DNA of 64,000 nucleotides from Azolla caroliniana (Eukaryota; Plantae; Polypodiophyta). A program made the translations under genes and the position numbers. The stretch's first letter is position 1. Every line of letters starts with the position of its first letter. The stretch is from assembly GCA_043228905.1 (NCBI GenBank), contig JBHGNT010000013.1:1612001-1676000 (forward strand), in the 5' to 3' direction. The notes below the pieces were generated by a model. It did no database searches and was not told the origin of the DNA. It saw nothing but the letters and a program-made list of their open reading frames with translations. Positions 48,801 to 59,542 of this stretch are shown one piece after another.

Positions 48801-51192
48801 TTGATCGACAGTACTCCTGGAACTGCCCCCGGTATTCCCCTCCGTTATCCGCTCGTATCGCTTTCAGCTTCTTGCCGGATTCTCTTTCCACTCTCGCGTG
48901 GAGTTCTTTGAAGACGGACAACACTTGGTCCTTTGTCTTCATCGGTGCCGTCCACAGTCTTCGGCTATGATCATCTATGAAAGTTACGAAGTACTGGGCT
49001 CCGCCATGTGACTTCGTTTCTACCTGACACACATCGGTGTGCACCAACTCCAATGGTGCGCTACGTCTCGTCGGTGGCCTTGAGTGGAAGGAGGTTCGGT
49101 TCTGCTTACCGGCCAGGCAATCGGTGCACTTCTCCAGGTGCACGTGCTTCACTGGAATAAGGTTGTCTTCTGCAAGCCTCTTCATCCCCTTCTCACTCAT
49201 GTGGCACAGTCTTTTGTGCCACAGCTCACCGGCAGTGTCGGCTGCCACATTCAGCTCTTCCGGACATAACCAGGCATTCATCAGGTACAGTGTGTTGACC
49301 TTCCGGGCCCGAGCCACTATCAAGCTCCCCTTGCTGAACTTCATGACACCGTTCCGGATGCTACCCGTGTAGCCTTCATCATCTAGCCTCCCGGCCGAAA
49401 TCAGGTTCAGTCGGACCTCCGGAACGTGTCGGACATTCTTCAGCAGCATTTTGCATCCGGTCGGGGTTGTCAACCACACGTCTCCTATGCCGGCAATCCG
49501 GCACGTACCTTCATTCCCCATCCGAACACAGCCATGCTCACCGGTTGTGTAGGATGAGAAGTATCTTCTCTTAGGGGTCAGGTGGAACGATGCTCCGGAA
49601 TCGACCACCCAGGTCGTCTCATCGCCGGCAATGTTTAGTTCACCTTCTTCGGTGATGAGCATGATCTCCTCTTCACTTGCCGCGAGTGCCGTCGTTCCTT
49701 TCCGGTCCTGTCCTCGCCGATCCGAACCATTTCGGTCCGTGGCTCCCCGGTATGCACCGTTTCTCTCCGGTGACTTCTTCGAATCGGTGTTGTCGGTTCC
49801 ATTGTCCTTTCGGTAATGCCGACAATTCTTTCGGAAGTGCCCGGGCTTCCCACAGTGGAAGCATGTGGGCCTTCCTCTTGACTGCGACCGGGTCCCCGAC
49901 TTCTCCCGTCTTTGCGGACTCCGGTTCCATTGTCTTCCCCGATCCGATTCGGTAAACAACATCTTCGGGTCGGAGGCCGGTTCCTTATCTCTCCGACGCG
50001 CTTCTTCATTCAAAATACTTGTCTTTACCGTTTGTAAGGACAAGTTATCTTCGGTGCAGGAGGTGCTGAGAGTCACCACCAAGTTCTCCCAGCTTTCCGG
50101 CAATGTACACATCAGGATGATGGCTTGCATTGCATCCTCCAATGGGAACTTGATCGCCGCAAGCTGATTCACGAATCCCATGAACGTGCTTACGTGTTCC
50201 ACCATACTCTCGCCGTCCCGGTACTTGAGATTCACAATCTTCCTCATCAGGGAGGTCCGGTTCAGCGCATTCTTCCTCTCGTAGAGGCCCGACAGCTTCC
50301 GCCACATCTCATATGCGTTGGTGTCGTTCGCCACATGTTGTAGGACGCTTACATCGACATATTGTCGGATCGTCGCCACGGCTTTCCGGTTCAGGAGCTT
50401 CCACTCCGACTCAAGTACCCCCTTCGGTATTTCCGACCTGTCAATCGGTTCGTACAGGTCCCGAACAATCAGAAGATCCTCCATCTTGATCTTCCAGTCG
50501 GCGTAATTCTGTGCATTCAGCACCATCATCATCGGCTGCCCGCTGCCGCCGCCTTCCATTTTCTGCAACAGTCGCTCTGATACCAGTTTGTTGTGAATCG
50601 ACGCTTCGATTCACCTTCTCCGCTCGGCCACAACCGAGTAATCGCTAATCGATGCAGCAGAAAATAGGAAATACAGAGAAAGCCACGATACACAGGGATT
50701 AACGTGGAAAACCCTATACGGGAAAAACCACGGGAGTGCGAGACTCCAAACCAAAACTATACAGAGAAGTATACAATGGCGAGATGCAAGGCGACGACCT
50801 TGAGCTTGCTGTCCTCGCCACAGGCGGCGGAAATACACAGAGGCGTCTACCTCTTCCTCTCTCTCGCGCTCTATCTCTCTCTCTCACGGCTGCTTACACT
50901 TCACTCCTCTAGAGTGGAAAAACAGAAAAATGAGAAGCAACAGTAAAACTGTTTGCCCTAAGTCATATTTATACTTATATGACTTTGGGCTATTTACAAC
51001 TATAGCCTCAGGGGGCCCATAGCGAACATATTCACGGATATGTCCCTGCATCCGGATCGCTCTCCGGGTACATTCGTCATCCGGTACCGAAGCCGGGGTC
51101 TTCGTCATCCGGATCCGAAACCGAAACCGGGCTTGTCGGCATCCATCTCAGATATCCGACCATCCCATCCGAAAGGGACCGAAATCCCAACA
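45872..51192 (-). mobile_element. Intact Ty1/Copia element D2
   Basis: 604-bp LTRs 45872-46475 and 50589-51192 (at least 2 differences seen); TSD GTAGG; Met-i PBS; PPT. Confidence 0.97.
46486..50559 (-). CDS. Copia Gag-Pol polyprotein, nearly identical to D1
   Basis: Uninterrupted ORF with all catalytic motifs. Confidence 0.97.
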   Translation of the reverse strand: MEGGGSGQPMMMVLNAQNYADWKIKMEDLLIVRDLYEPIDRSEIPKGVLESEWKLLNRKAVATIRQYVDVSVLQHVANDTNAYEMWRKLSGLYERKNALNRTSLMRKIVNLKYRDGESMVEHVSTFMGFVNQLAAIKFPLEDAMQAIILMCTLPESWENLVVTLSTSCTEDNLSLQTVKTSILNEEARRRDKEPASDPKMLFTESDRGRQWNRSPQRREKSGTRSQSRGRPTCFHCGKPGHFRKNCRHYRKDNGTDNTDSKKSPERNGAYRGATDRNGSDRRGQDRKGTTALAASEEEIMLITEEGELNIAGDETTWVVDSGASFHLTPKRRYFSSYTTGEHGCVRMGNEGTCRIAGIGDVWLTTPTGCKMLLKNVRHVPEVRLNLISAGRLDDEGYTGSIRNGVMKFSKGSLIVARARKVNTLYLMNAWLCPEELNVAADTAGELWHKRLCHMSEKGMKRLAEDNLIPVKHVHLEKCTDCLAGKQNRTSFHSRPPTRRSAPLELVHTDVCQVETKSHGGAQYFVTFIDDHSRRLWTAPMKTKDQVLSVFKELHARVERESGKKLKAIRADNGGEYRGQFQEYCRSKGIRLEFTMPKTPELNGLAERMNRTIMERVRSMLAHAELPKGFWAEAMSTATYVINRSPSVPLGGDTPQRVWTGREVSYRHLKVFGCLAYVHVAKDLRGKLDPKTRPCIFLGYGDDEFGYRVWDPVDKKIFRSRDIIFMEDKTLADWESEKKMKSSKSTGEDQLYEEQSRLARDRLALEDPAEDGEETEPTEEDENDTGTGPDPEMDSDEEESEEPITEAPERRYPLRERRAPRRFPEPEHVLLTDEGEPESFEEAKHDTQSRRWLSAMQDEMDSLHENHTYELVELPKGKRALRNKWVFKLKPGDAGNPPRYKARIVVKGFQQKKGVDFDEIFAPVVKMTSIRTVLSIAASMDLEVEQMDVKTAFLHGDLEEEIYMQQPEGFEKKGKEHLVCRLKKSLYGLKQAPRQWYRKFDSFMTDEGYLKTQSDHCVFVKKFEGGDFLILLLYVDDMLIVGRDQVKIRMLKKALHRTFSMKDLGPARQILGMHIIRDRKKKQLWLSQEKYVTKVLHRFNMSEARPVGSTLPANCKLSSKQSPKTKAEKEDMMKVPYASAVGSLMYAMVCTRPDIGYAVGVVSRYMSNPGKEHWNAAKWILRYLKGTANVCLRFGSGKPELDGFTDSDMSADADTSRSTSGYVMTYAGGAVSWQSRLQKSVALSTTEAEYMAAVEAGKELIWMKDFIRELGIQQEEYRLYCDSQSAIHLAKNAAYHSRTKHIQRRYHWIRERIEDKEFVLTKIHTDENGSDMLTKVLTPDKLEACRKRIGLERHPMPK

Positions 51193-53288
51193 GTAGGTCC
51201 TTGTGTACTGCCGCAATGCATTCCTCATTGAGTTTGTAGAAACCTCGGCCTTCTTTCCTTTGGTTCTCCCAGTCCGCCCGGTAGGTATGCAACTCCGTCA
51301 CTTGTGTTGCCCACGCCATTCAGCCTTGTCTAGCGCCGTTTTTAATTGCGCCGTAAATCTCTCCCGATTTGTTTGAAGAAGTACGCGTACATTATCTGTT
51401 ATCACTTGGGAGCGGTTTTGCGCTTCTTCCAGGGTTTTTTTTGAGGTTTTTGATTTCTCGCTTATTAACCGTAGCCACTTCCTCATATTGGTTTTTAATC
51501 TCTGCCCATATCTGGGATTCTTTCAAGTGTAGTTCCTCTAGTCGGCTCATTTCATTGTTCAGGCAGACTTCTACCTGATGCGTCACCTCCTTTTCCCGTA
51601 CAACCTGCTCGTCGTACCATGCTTTCTTCTTTTCCAATAACTCCCAGAGTCCTGTGATCACCGCTTCCGACTTTTGGGCTTCCTCTCGTAGCTTGTTGTT
51701 TTCTTCTTTTGTGCTGGTGTGCGCTGCTGCCTCCGCTTCGAGTTTATCTTCGAGTGCCTTCACTGCCCTTTGGCCATTGGCCCGGATGTCCATTTCTCTG
51801 TCGGAGGATTGGCGGAGTTCGGCGTGGAGGTGGTCAATCTCGGACTCCGCAAGCTGCGTAGCTCTTTTTGCTTTGGCGGCGATGGCCTTTTGCGCTGCAA
51901 TCTCCTTTTGGAGGGTTATCGATGTGTCTTCGCCGGATGTTGGTTTGGGGTTTTGTGGTGCCATAGTGACACTGTGTTCTAGCTCTGTAATGCGCTCTTG
52001 GGCCTTCTATAATTGGGCTTGAGTTAGCTTGATTGTTTTCCAAACGTTTTTATTCTTGATAGCCATATCCTTGGGGCCCATACTGATTCTAGCCGATTCC
52101 CGATGTGCCTCGACAAGGGTCAGATTCAATGGGGGTAGTTCAATGCCCATACACCGAATACCCACGTTCCGTTGCCTGGCTACCTTGGCTAGAGGTGCCT
52201 CATCCTTGCTTTCCGCTGTTTGCATTAGCACACGCTCTACCATCTACTGCTCGGCGTGTTCTTCGGCCATTGACTGCGACACCTTGATCTGTTGAGTCAC
52301 TAAAAATTCCATGAGCTCATATGTGGTGCCATACTACAATAACACACTGAACTCATGTGCCGTGTCCGGAATGTCTGGATATGTCATGACTTCGCTTTCC
52401 GCCATAAGCACTCCTTTGCCCCACTGAGATTGTGCTGTAATGATGGCTCGCGGTTTGCGGAATATCTCTAGTGTCGTAGTGGGCTCTACGGAAGCGGTAG
52501 TTTCGGTGGTGACGGTTGTATCTTATACCAATCTGTGGCCATCCTTCTGGTCTAATCGTTGCCATTTGGGTCTGGGACTGTCACTGACGGGCTCTTGCTC
52601 CTCTAATGTCGTGGAGGAGGGTTGTGTCTCAGCGTCTTTGGCCAATGGTTCCTTATGTGTCGTCCACTGGGTGGTAGGAGAAAGTTGTGCTTCTTCCTCC
52701 CATTCGGTGGTAGCTAACTCTGCTAGCCGTCGTTTCGTGGATCGCGGCGGAGGCGTCGGTTCGCTTGGCGTGAGGGCGGGGACTCCGCAAGGAGGAAATA
52801 GTATGGTAAGGTACTGTTGAATGATTGGCCGGAGTTTCTTCCCAGCTTGATACGTGTAGAGTCCTTTCCTAAGTGCTGACCCTGTGATGACAACCCAGTC
52901 TATGGCATGTCCTTCGAAGGTTTCGATCATGACGCCTGCTTTTTGTTTAGGCATCCCGTATGCATTGACATGTACGCACCCGACCTCCAGTAGGAACTTG
53001 GCGACTTCCCGAAAAAATGGATTTGGAATATCCTTTGTTTTGTATGCTTTAGCCGACGTTGAATATTCTCCAAAGTATTTCTCGAGTGTTTGTGCAGGAG
53101 AAATGTCGAAGTGCTTTTCCCCAATCGCCGATAACCCGAGTTTCTTCCAAATGGTGGCATTTGTCATTGTGTCTACATTCAACTTCTTGGCTATGTCAAG
53201 AGCCTCAGGGTGTGGTGGCGCTTCGCCGACCCTAATATAGCCCTCAAACCCCTTTTCTAGGAGCCATATGGATAGAGTTGCAGAGATA

Positions 53289-53631
53289 GTGATCAACATC
53301 GGGGGTGGATGGGGCTCGTGAAGGCTAGTCGAAGATTGCAGGTTATGGTGAGCGCGAACTTTGTTGTATGGTGGAGAACGAGGCAAAAGAGAAGAGCGAA
53401 GAGAGCGAGGATAGTTTTGTTGTCTGTAATGCGCCGAAAACCTTCTGCTTTCCTCTTTTTGTGATCGACATCGGGGGTGGATGGGGCTTGTGAAGGCTAG
53501 TCGAAGATTGCAGGTTATGGTGAGCGCGAGCTTTGTTGTATGGTGGAGAACGAGGCAAACAAGAAGAGCGAAGAGAGCGAGGAGAGGTTTGTTGTCTGTA
53601 ATGCGCAAAAAACCTTCTGCTTTCCTCTTTT
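53289..53631. repeat. 172-bp tandem duplication between INT and the extra ORF of element C
   Basis: GTGATC(A/G)ACATCGGGGGTGGATGGGGCT... at 53289 and 53461. Confidence 0.9.
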
Positions 53632-54099
53632 TGTGGTTTAGGGTGCATTGGTCTGTGTGACATCATAGTGCCGCATGTTCTTGCCCTAGAAGTTTGTGCA
53701 TGCATAAAGTCCCTTTTAATAGTCATCAGTACCTTCTCCTTTTTTATTTATTTTTATATTTTTATAGTGTTACAGTATTTTACAAGTGGCCCCCAACTTA
53801 TTAATTAATGTATGGGTTCCTTTGCTGTGGCAGTCACGATGTGGAACGGGTTTGGAGGCGTAGGTCCCAGATAGGGTTTCAATCGGAACCCACTTACTTT
53901 TTGTCGAAGTACCTCTCCGGCCAAGGTGCCTAATTAAAAAGTGTCGTTTTCCGCTCTGACTATCCAGTACGGCCCCCTCTAGCGGAATTTTAATTTCCCA
54001 GGCATCTGACCCATGCGTGTTTGAAAGACCAATATGGCCTTTCCGACTGCGAAGTCCTTCCCCCATGTGACTCAATGTTGATTGATAAATGCTTTACGT

Positions 54100-57000
54100 T
54101 GTCGTGACGATTTTCGGCTATGGTGTGAAACGGAGTGAGATGAATAAACCAAGGAAGTGCAACATTGCACATGCACTTAGCAAATAAACCTAAGGCCTAG
54201 TGGCACTTGAGTTCATATAGAGGGGCGCAAGTAAGGTTTGAACCTTGCACCTCTAAGATACAAGATAATTGCCTTACCACTAGGACAACTATCATATAGT
54301 GTGAATTTTATGTATTTACTTTTCATATATGAATTATAGATGAAACAACCATTAGAAAACCATGTGCACAAAACCATGGTTCTAAACCCATGGTTTGTGC
54401 ATGACATAAGCAAAACCGTGTGCACAAAACCATGGCTTTAGCCCATGGTTTTGTGCATGTCACAAGCATGGAAAGACCTATAAAAGCCTCTAGTTGGGCT
54501 TGTGTAAGGGGGGCTCAATATGTGATATCACCAACACCATTATCATCAATATAATTATATTTGTCTTTATCTTCTTCATATTTTTCTACTTCTCAAGTGT
54601 ACAATCTTTCTTCTTCTCAAGTAAACCAATTTCATCTAATCTTACATTGATCGTCATCTCTTCGATAATTCTGCAAACATCCTCCCCAGTCCAAGACCCT
54701 GGTGGTCGCTCGAGTAGCACACGCACGCGCGAATCTTCGCGACATCATTTGGTGAACCCGGCGTGAAGAGCAGCAGGGGAGGACGAAGATGGATGGCGAA
54801 TATCTCATGAAGGCAATGTCAAAAAGGATGATGGAGTTTCTGAGAGAAGGGAAAAGAAGAAATGAAGCCCAACAAGCCGTCGAGAGGGTAGTTGAGCGAG
54901 TGAGCTATTTTAACGGTGCCGAAGTCCAAAGTTTCCTAAAAGTCTACAATGCGGAGATGGATTCAAGAGGTGTGGACAAAGCTATGAGGCTAGAGTACTT
55001 TTGTCGGGTGGTGTCTCAACTGATCTTCAAAGATGTAAAAGAGCTTCTAGAAGCTCATGATTCATGGGAGACTTTTGAGAAGGCTCTATTGGAGGAATAT
55101 GGCTATGAGAGATTGAAGGGACGAGATCGACGCAACTTCGACCAATGGGTGACATCAGCGAAGACCCACCAAGGTGCGACACAAGCATTCGTAGACTTCG
55201 AGCATCGTTTTTCTCAACTCTCGGAGCGAGAACAAAGATTAGTGGGGGTCGATAAGGTCCTTATGCTCATGAAGTCAATCGATCGAATGGAAAGGATGTC
55301 CATTGGCCTCAAACTCGAAGAAGATGACGGTGCAAATGGCCTCATCGAGGATTGGAGCAAAGTGGAAAGTATATGCCGACTACACGATAAGGGGCAAGCG
55401 AGAATATCGACGAGAACAAGATGGCCCATGAGGGACGATCGAAGAGGGACGAGATGCAACAACGCGCCACCAACAAAAGAAATGAAGCTTAAAAGGGAGA
55501 CAAAACCGAGGCGAATGGTGATCGAAGAAGAAGAGACCTCCCAACAAATGCGGGTTAATGAAGTGGCCAATGCAATGGCTTAGGTTCGGTATGACGGTAC
55601 CGAGAGAGAAGGTGCGAAACAAGTCACCTTCTTGTCTTACGAAGAAACGACGGCCAAGGAGGAGGCCGATGACTCGAGGACGGCGAACGCCACTTCGAGG
55701 GAGGATAAATGTTTAGGAACACGCATTGTGTACGAAACATCGGGTGATGAAGGTGCAAGCATGAGAAGATCTTGCATGATCGAGGGAGATAAAGTGTTTG
55801 AGTTCGACATGATTGAGGAGGTAGCCATGACAAACGACATCGAGTCGGAGGTGGCTATGAACGAGTCGACGACGGATAGCCATGTCGACACTTTCTCCAC
55901 GGTTGTTCCAGAGACGTTGGCGGTTGCACCCGTGTGCCAACGTGAGACCGGAGAGACGGAAGGTGGTGACGGGAAGACAAAGGCCCAACACAAGGAGGAA
56001 GAAGATCGAGGAAGAAAGGATATCCCCACACCTGTTCTAGAGACTTCGACGGTTGTGCACGTGCGCCAATGTGAGACCGGAGAGACAGAATGTGTGGACG
56101 AAAAAGCGGACGACGGAAGGGCGATGAAGAAGACAAGGTAAATGTGCATGAGCGAAGGGATTCCTTCACACCGGTTTCGGAGACTTCAACAGTCGAGACC
56201 GTGTGTCGACATAAGACCGAAGATAAAGGAGGTGGCGAAGAGGAGACAATATGGCTCGAGGCGAGCATACACGGAGGGAAGGATATGGCTGACGAGTAGG
56301 CCAAGGATGAAGCCGCGGTTGAGTTCGATGGAGAGGCTGCATGCGGGAAGGAAGGAAGAGTCGAGAACCGGTCGAACCGGAAGACGATCCGGCCGGGATT
56401 CCGGCCCGAACGAAGGAAGATCCACATGGGAGCCAATCGACCGGGGCCGACCCGGCCGAAACCTGATTCGGCGAAAATCGATCGGACGATTCCGATCCAA
56501 AAGGGGGCCGACCTAGCCAGAATCAATTGGTCGAGCCCGACTCGGGGAAATGCGAATGCAGACGAAGGCCAATCGAGCCAAGAAGCGATCGGCGGAGACC
56601 GATCCGGACAAGGGCAAACCCAGCGTAATCGAAGATGGACACGAACGATCCACAACATCCAGTTGAAGACGGTGAGCATGAGGAGTGGCTAGGAATCCAA
56701 TCGAAGGACACGCGCGGTGGATGAAGGAAGAGCGGTTGGATCCAGGACATCGTTCAGTAGATCTACTACAACCGATCGGGGAAGAAGGTGTGAGCGCCAT
56801 ATATGGTGGATCGGGTGGCTACGGTGGTTCAGTTGGAAAGATTACGCATACTCGAAGTGGAAGACGAAGTCAGACGAGGTCGACGACTGTGCATAGGAAC
56901 TTCGTTGATCACCATTGCCAAAGATCTCACCTCTTCACCTTTCTCGGCACATACCGGAGGATGTGCGGGTTTGGTGGGGGTGGATGTCGTGACGATTTTC

Positions 57001-57604
57001 GGCTACGGTGTGAAACCGAGTGAGACGAATAAACCAAGGATGTGCAACATTGCACATGCACTTAGCAAATAAACCTAAGGCCTAGTGGCACTTGAGTTCA
57101 TATAGAGGGGCGCAAGTAAGGTTTGAACCTTGCACCTCTAAGATACAAGATAATTGCCTTACCACTAGGACAACTATCATATAGTGTGGATTTTATGTAT
57201 TTACTTTTCATATATGAATTATAGATGAAACAACCATTAGAAAACCATGGTTCTAAACCCATGGTTTGTGCATGACATAAGCAAAACCGTGTGCACAAAA
57301 CCATGGCTTTAGCCCATGGTTTTGTGCATGTCACAAGCCTGGAAAGACCTATAAAAGCCTCTAGTTGGGCTTGTGTAAGGGGGGCTCAATATGTGATATC
57401 ACCAACACCATTATCATCAATATAACTATATTTGTTTTTATCTTCTTCATATTTTTCTACTTCTTCTTTCTTCTTCTCAAATAAACCAATTTCATCTAAT
57501 CTTACATTGATCGTCATCTCTTCGATAATTCTGCAAACATCCTCCCCAGTCCAAGACCCCGATGGTCGCTCGAGTAGCACACGCACACGCGAATCTTCAC
57601 GACA
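54100..57604 (+). mobile_element. Non-autonomous gag-only Gypsy element J2
   Basis: LTRs 54100-54744 and 56985-57604; perfect TSD ACGT; PBS 54750-54767; PPT GGTGGGGGTGGA. Confidence 0.94.
54789..55583 (+). CDS. gag: Gag-like (capsid) ORF of J2, probably once continuing into a repetitive acidic tail
   Basis: FNGAEVQSFLKVYNAEM..WETFEKALLEEY..VLMLMKSID..DWSKV aligns with gag of I (FSGKDATSYLASYRAEM..WEEFEGRLLEKY..VLLFVKSVD..DWAAV). Confidence 0.8.
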   Translation: MDGEYLMKAMSKRMMEFLREGKRRNEAQQAVERVVERVSYFNGAEVQSFLKVYNAEMDSRGVDKAMRLEYFCRVVSQLIFKDVKELLEAHDSWETFEKALLEEYGYERLKGRDRRNFDQWVTSAKTHQGATQAFVDFEHRFSQLSEREQRLVGVDKVLMLMKSIDRMERMSIGLKLEEDDGANGLIEDWSKVESICRLHDKGQARISTRTRWPMRDDRRGTRCNNAPPTKEMKLKRETKPRRMVIEEEETSQQMRVNEVANAMA

Positions 57605-59542
57605 ACGTCGTCTCTGTTCCTGCTCCAGTATGGCCATACTACGTACCTGAGCCTCTCCTAATTCGAGGAGTTGTTGTAACCGTAGCTGCTTGGACTGGCC
57701 TTCCGCTAGGTGGTCTTGTACTTGAATTCACAGACTTGGCACCTGGAATTCAACAGGCATTACGGATTCTAACCCAAATGCAAGTCGGAATGGCACAGAC
57801 TATATGATAGTCTTATAACTGGTCTGATATGCGCACAAACCGTTGTGCAATTTAGTGTCCCAGTCCGTTCTATTTTCATTCACGATCTTCTTCAATATTT
57901 TCTACAAGATTTTGTTTGTGGACTTTGCTAGTCCATTCGCTTGTGGATAGTATGACGTGCTTTTCTTATAGACGATGGCGTAATGGTGCGTGAGCTCGTG
58001 GATGACTGAATTCAGAAAGTGAATCCCTTGATCACTAATGAGCTCGATGGGGCAACCAAAACAGCACCAGATGTAATCGTACAAAAACTTTGCCGTAGAT
58101 GCCGCTGTGTTGTCCTGTAGTACCTTTGCTTCCACCCACTTAGTGCAATAGTCCGTGGCTACCAAAATATACCGATTACTTGTTCGCGCTGCTGCCGGTG
58201 TAAAGAGTCCCACAAAATCAAGACCCCACTTCTGGAATGGATCTAGTGGAAGAATGGGTTGATGTGGCATTCTCGCGCTCTCCGTGGGCTGACCCAATCG
58301 TTGACATAAATCACATTTCTTGCAATAGAGGTGCGTTGTCCTTTTGCGTGGTCGGCCACCATAGACCTGCTTGCCATATTTTTCTGGCCGTAACATCTCC
58401 CGCATAGTACCCCCCTGTCATACCGTAGTGAGCTTCGCGCAAAACAACTTCCTTCTCATCCTGACATACCCCGCGTCGCCAGAGTCCATCGTTGCCCTTG
58501 TGATACAGTATTCCTTCGACTAGGCAAAAGTTACGGCTACGGACAACCAATCGCTTCTTTTTGTCCGTCCTTAATTGTGTCGGTGGCATTCCTGTAGTGA
58601 AAAATTATGTCATTTCCATTAGCCATCGATCCGGAAAATTTTTCTCTTCCCGTGACGCTACCATCGCGACCCCCAAAACATCCGCATTGAGAAAGTCATT
58701 GTCATCTGTCCTTGCAGTTTCCCCGTTATCCACCCTGCTCAAGAAATCTGTCACGACGTGTTGCGTACCTGGGCGATGCTGAATTATGAAGTCGAATTCT
58801 TGGAGCAATAACATCCATCTAGCTAGTTTTCCTGTCAGTGCTTGTTTCTCCACAAGGTAGAGCAACGCCGCATGATCTACGTTGTCGTGCCCTTCGGCTC
58901 CGGATCGTTGCGTGAGTCGGGTGGGAACCGCCGAGGTTTTGGACTAGGAGGAAAAGGAATAAAACTTAAGGCTAGTTATGAATAGTAGAAAGAGAAGTAA
59001 GATAGCAATCTCGTGAATCCCACGAGATTAGTGTATTTAAAACAATATTTAGATTACAAGAGTAATTTAGATGGCAAAATTCGTGAATCCCATGAATATA
59101 TTAGATTGATCAATCCTTATATTTTAATCAGCAACCTTATACATATTTCTCTCCTCCTTATATAAAGATGGAAGAGGCTAAGCATGGCTTCATGCTTTTC
59201 CACCAAATGTGTCCATGCACACTAAATGTGCATGTGATGCTTTGTCATTTCCTAATTATAGGGCTCATGCACGCTAGATGTGCACGAGTCACTTTTAATG
59301 TCACGTGTAAATAAAATATTCACACCCTAAAGAATACATGATTTTTACCTTTTAATAAAGGTATGTGTAAATAAAGGTCTTATACGTATTAAATTTATTG
59401 TATAACACTAAAGATAAGTTATTACAATGGTAAAGTTGAGGTTTATCTACGTGAAGGTGCAGGGTTCGAATCTTGCCCTATACATGTAATAAATATTTTG
59501 AGATATTATTTATTTATTTATATGTATCTAAAATCGGATATA

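Larger units (their letters stand above)
45407..53300 (-). pseudogene. Large sense-strand extra ORF 3' of integrase in element C (split by D2)
   Basis: ORF pieces 52523-53300, 52007-52243, 51392-51964, 51298-51486, 51193-51319 and 45685-45871, plus an acidic tail ending at the PPT; long coiled-coil-like stretch; homologue at 2932-4678. Confidence 0.7.
44895..58882 (-). mobile_element. Athila/Tat-like Gypsy element C (3' LTR ~44895-45395, extra ORF, INT, RH end), hosting D2 and J2 and cut by A2
   Basis: LARWMLLLQEFDF, PFQKWGLDFVG, VATDYCTKWVEA, YPQANGLA and GKLKF..GPY..GFRLKPY; purine tract GGAGGAGAAATAGAGGGATGGG before TGACGT on the minus strand. Confidence 0.8.

Noticed and set aside
53300-53608. 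Env-like signal peptide or TM at the start of the 361-aa ORF (LLALFALLVCLVL)
   Set aside because: It lies in a 172-bp tandem duplication and is read in different frames in the two copies; likely upstream non-coding sequence.
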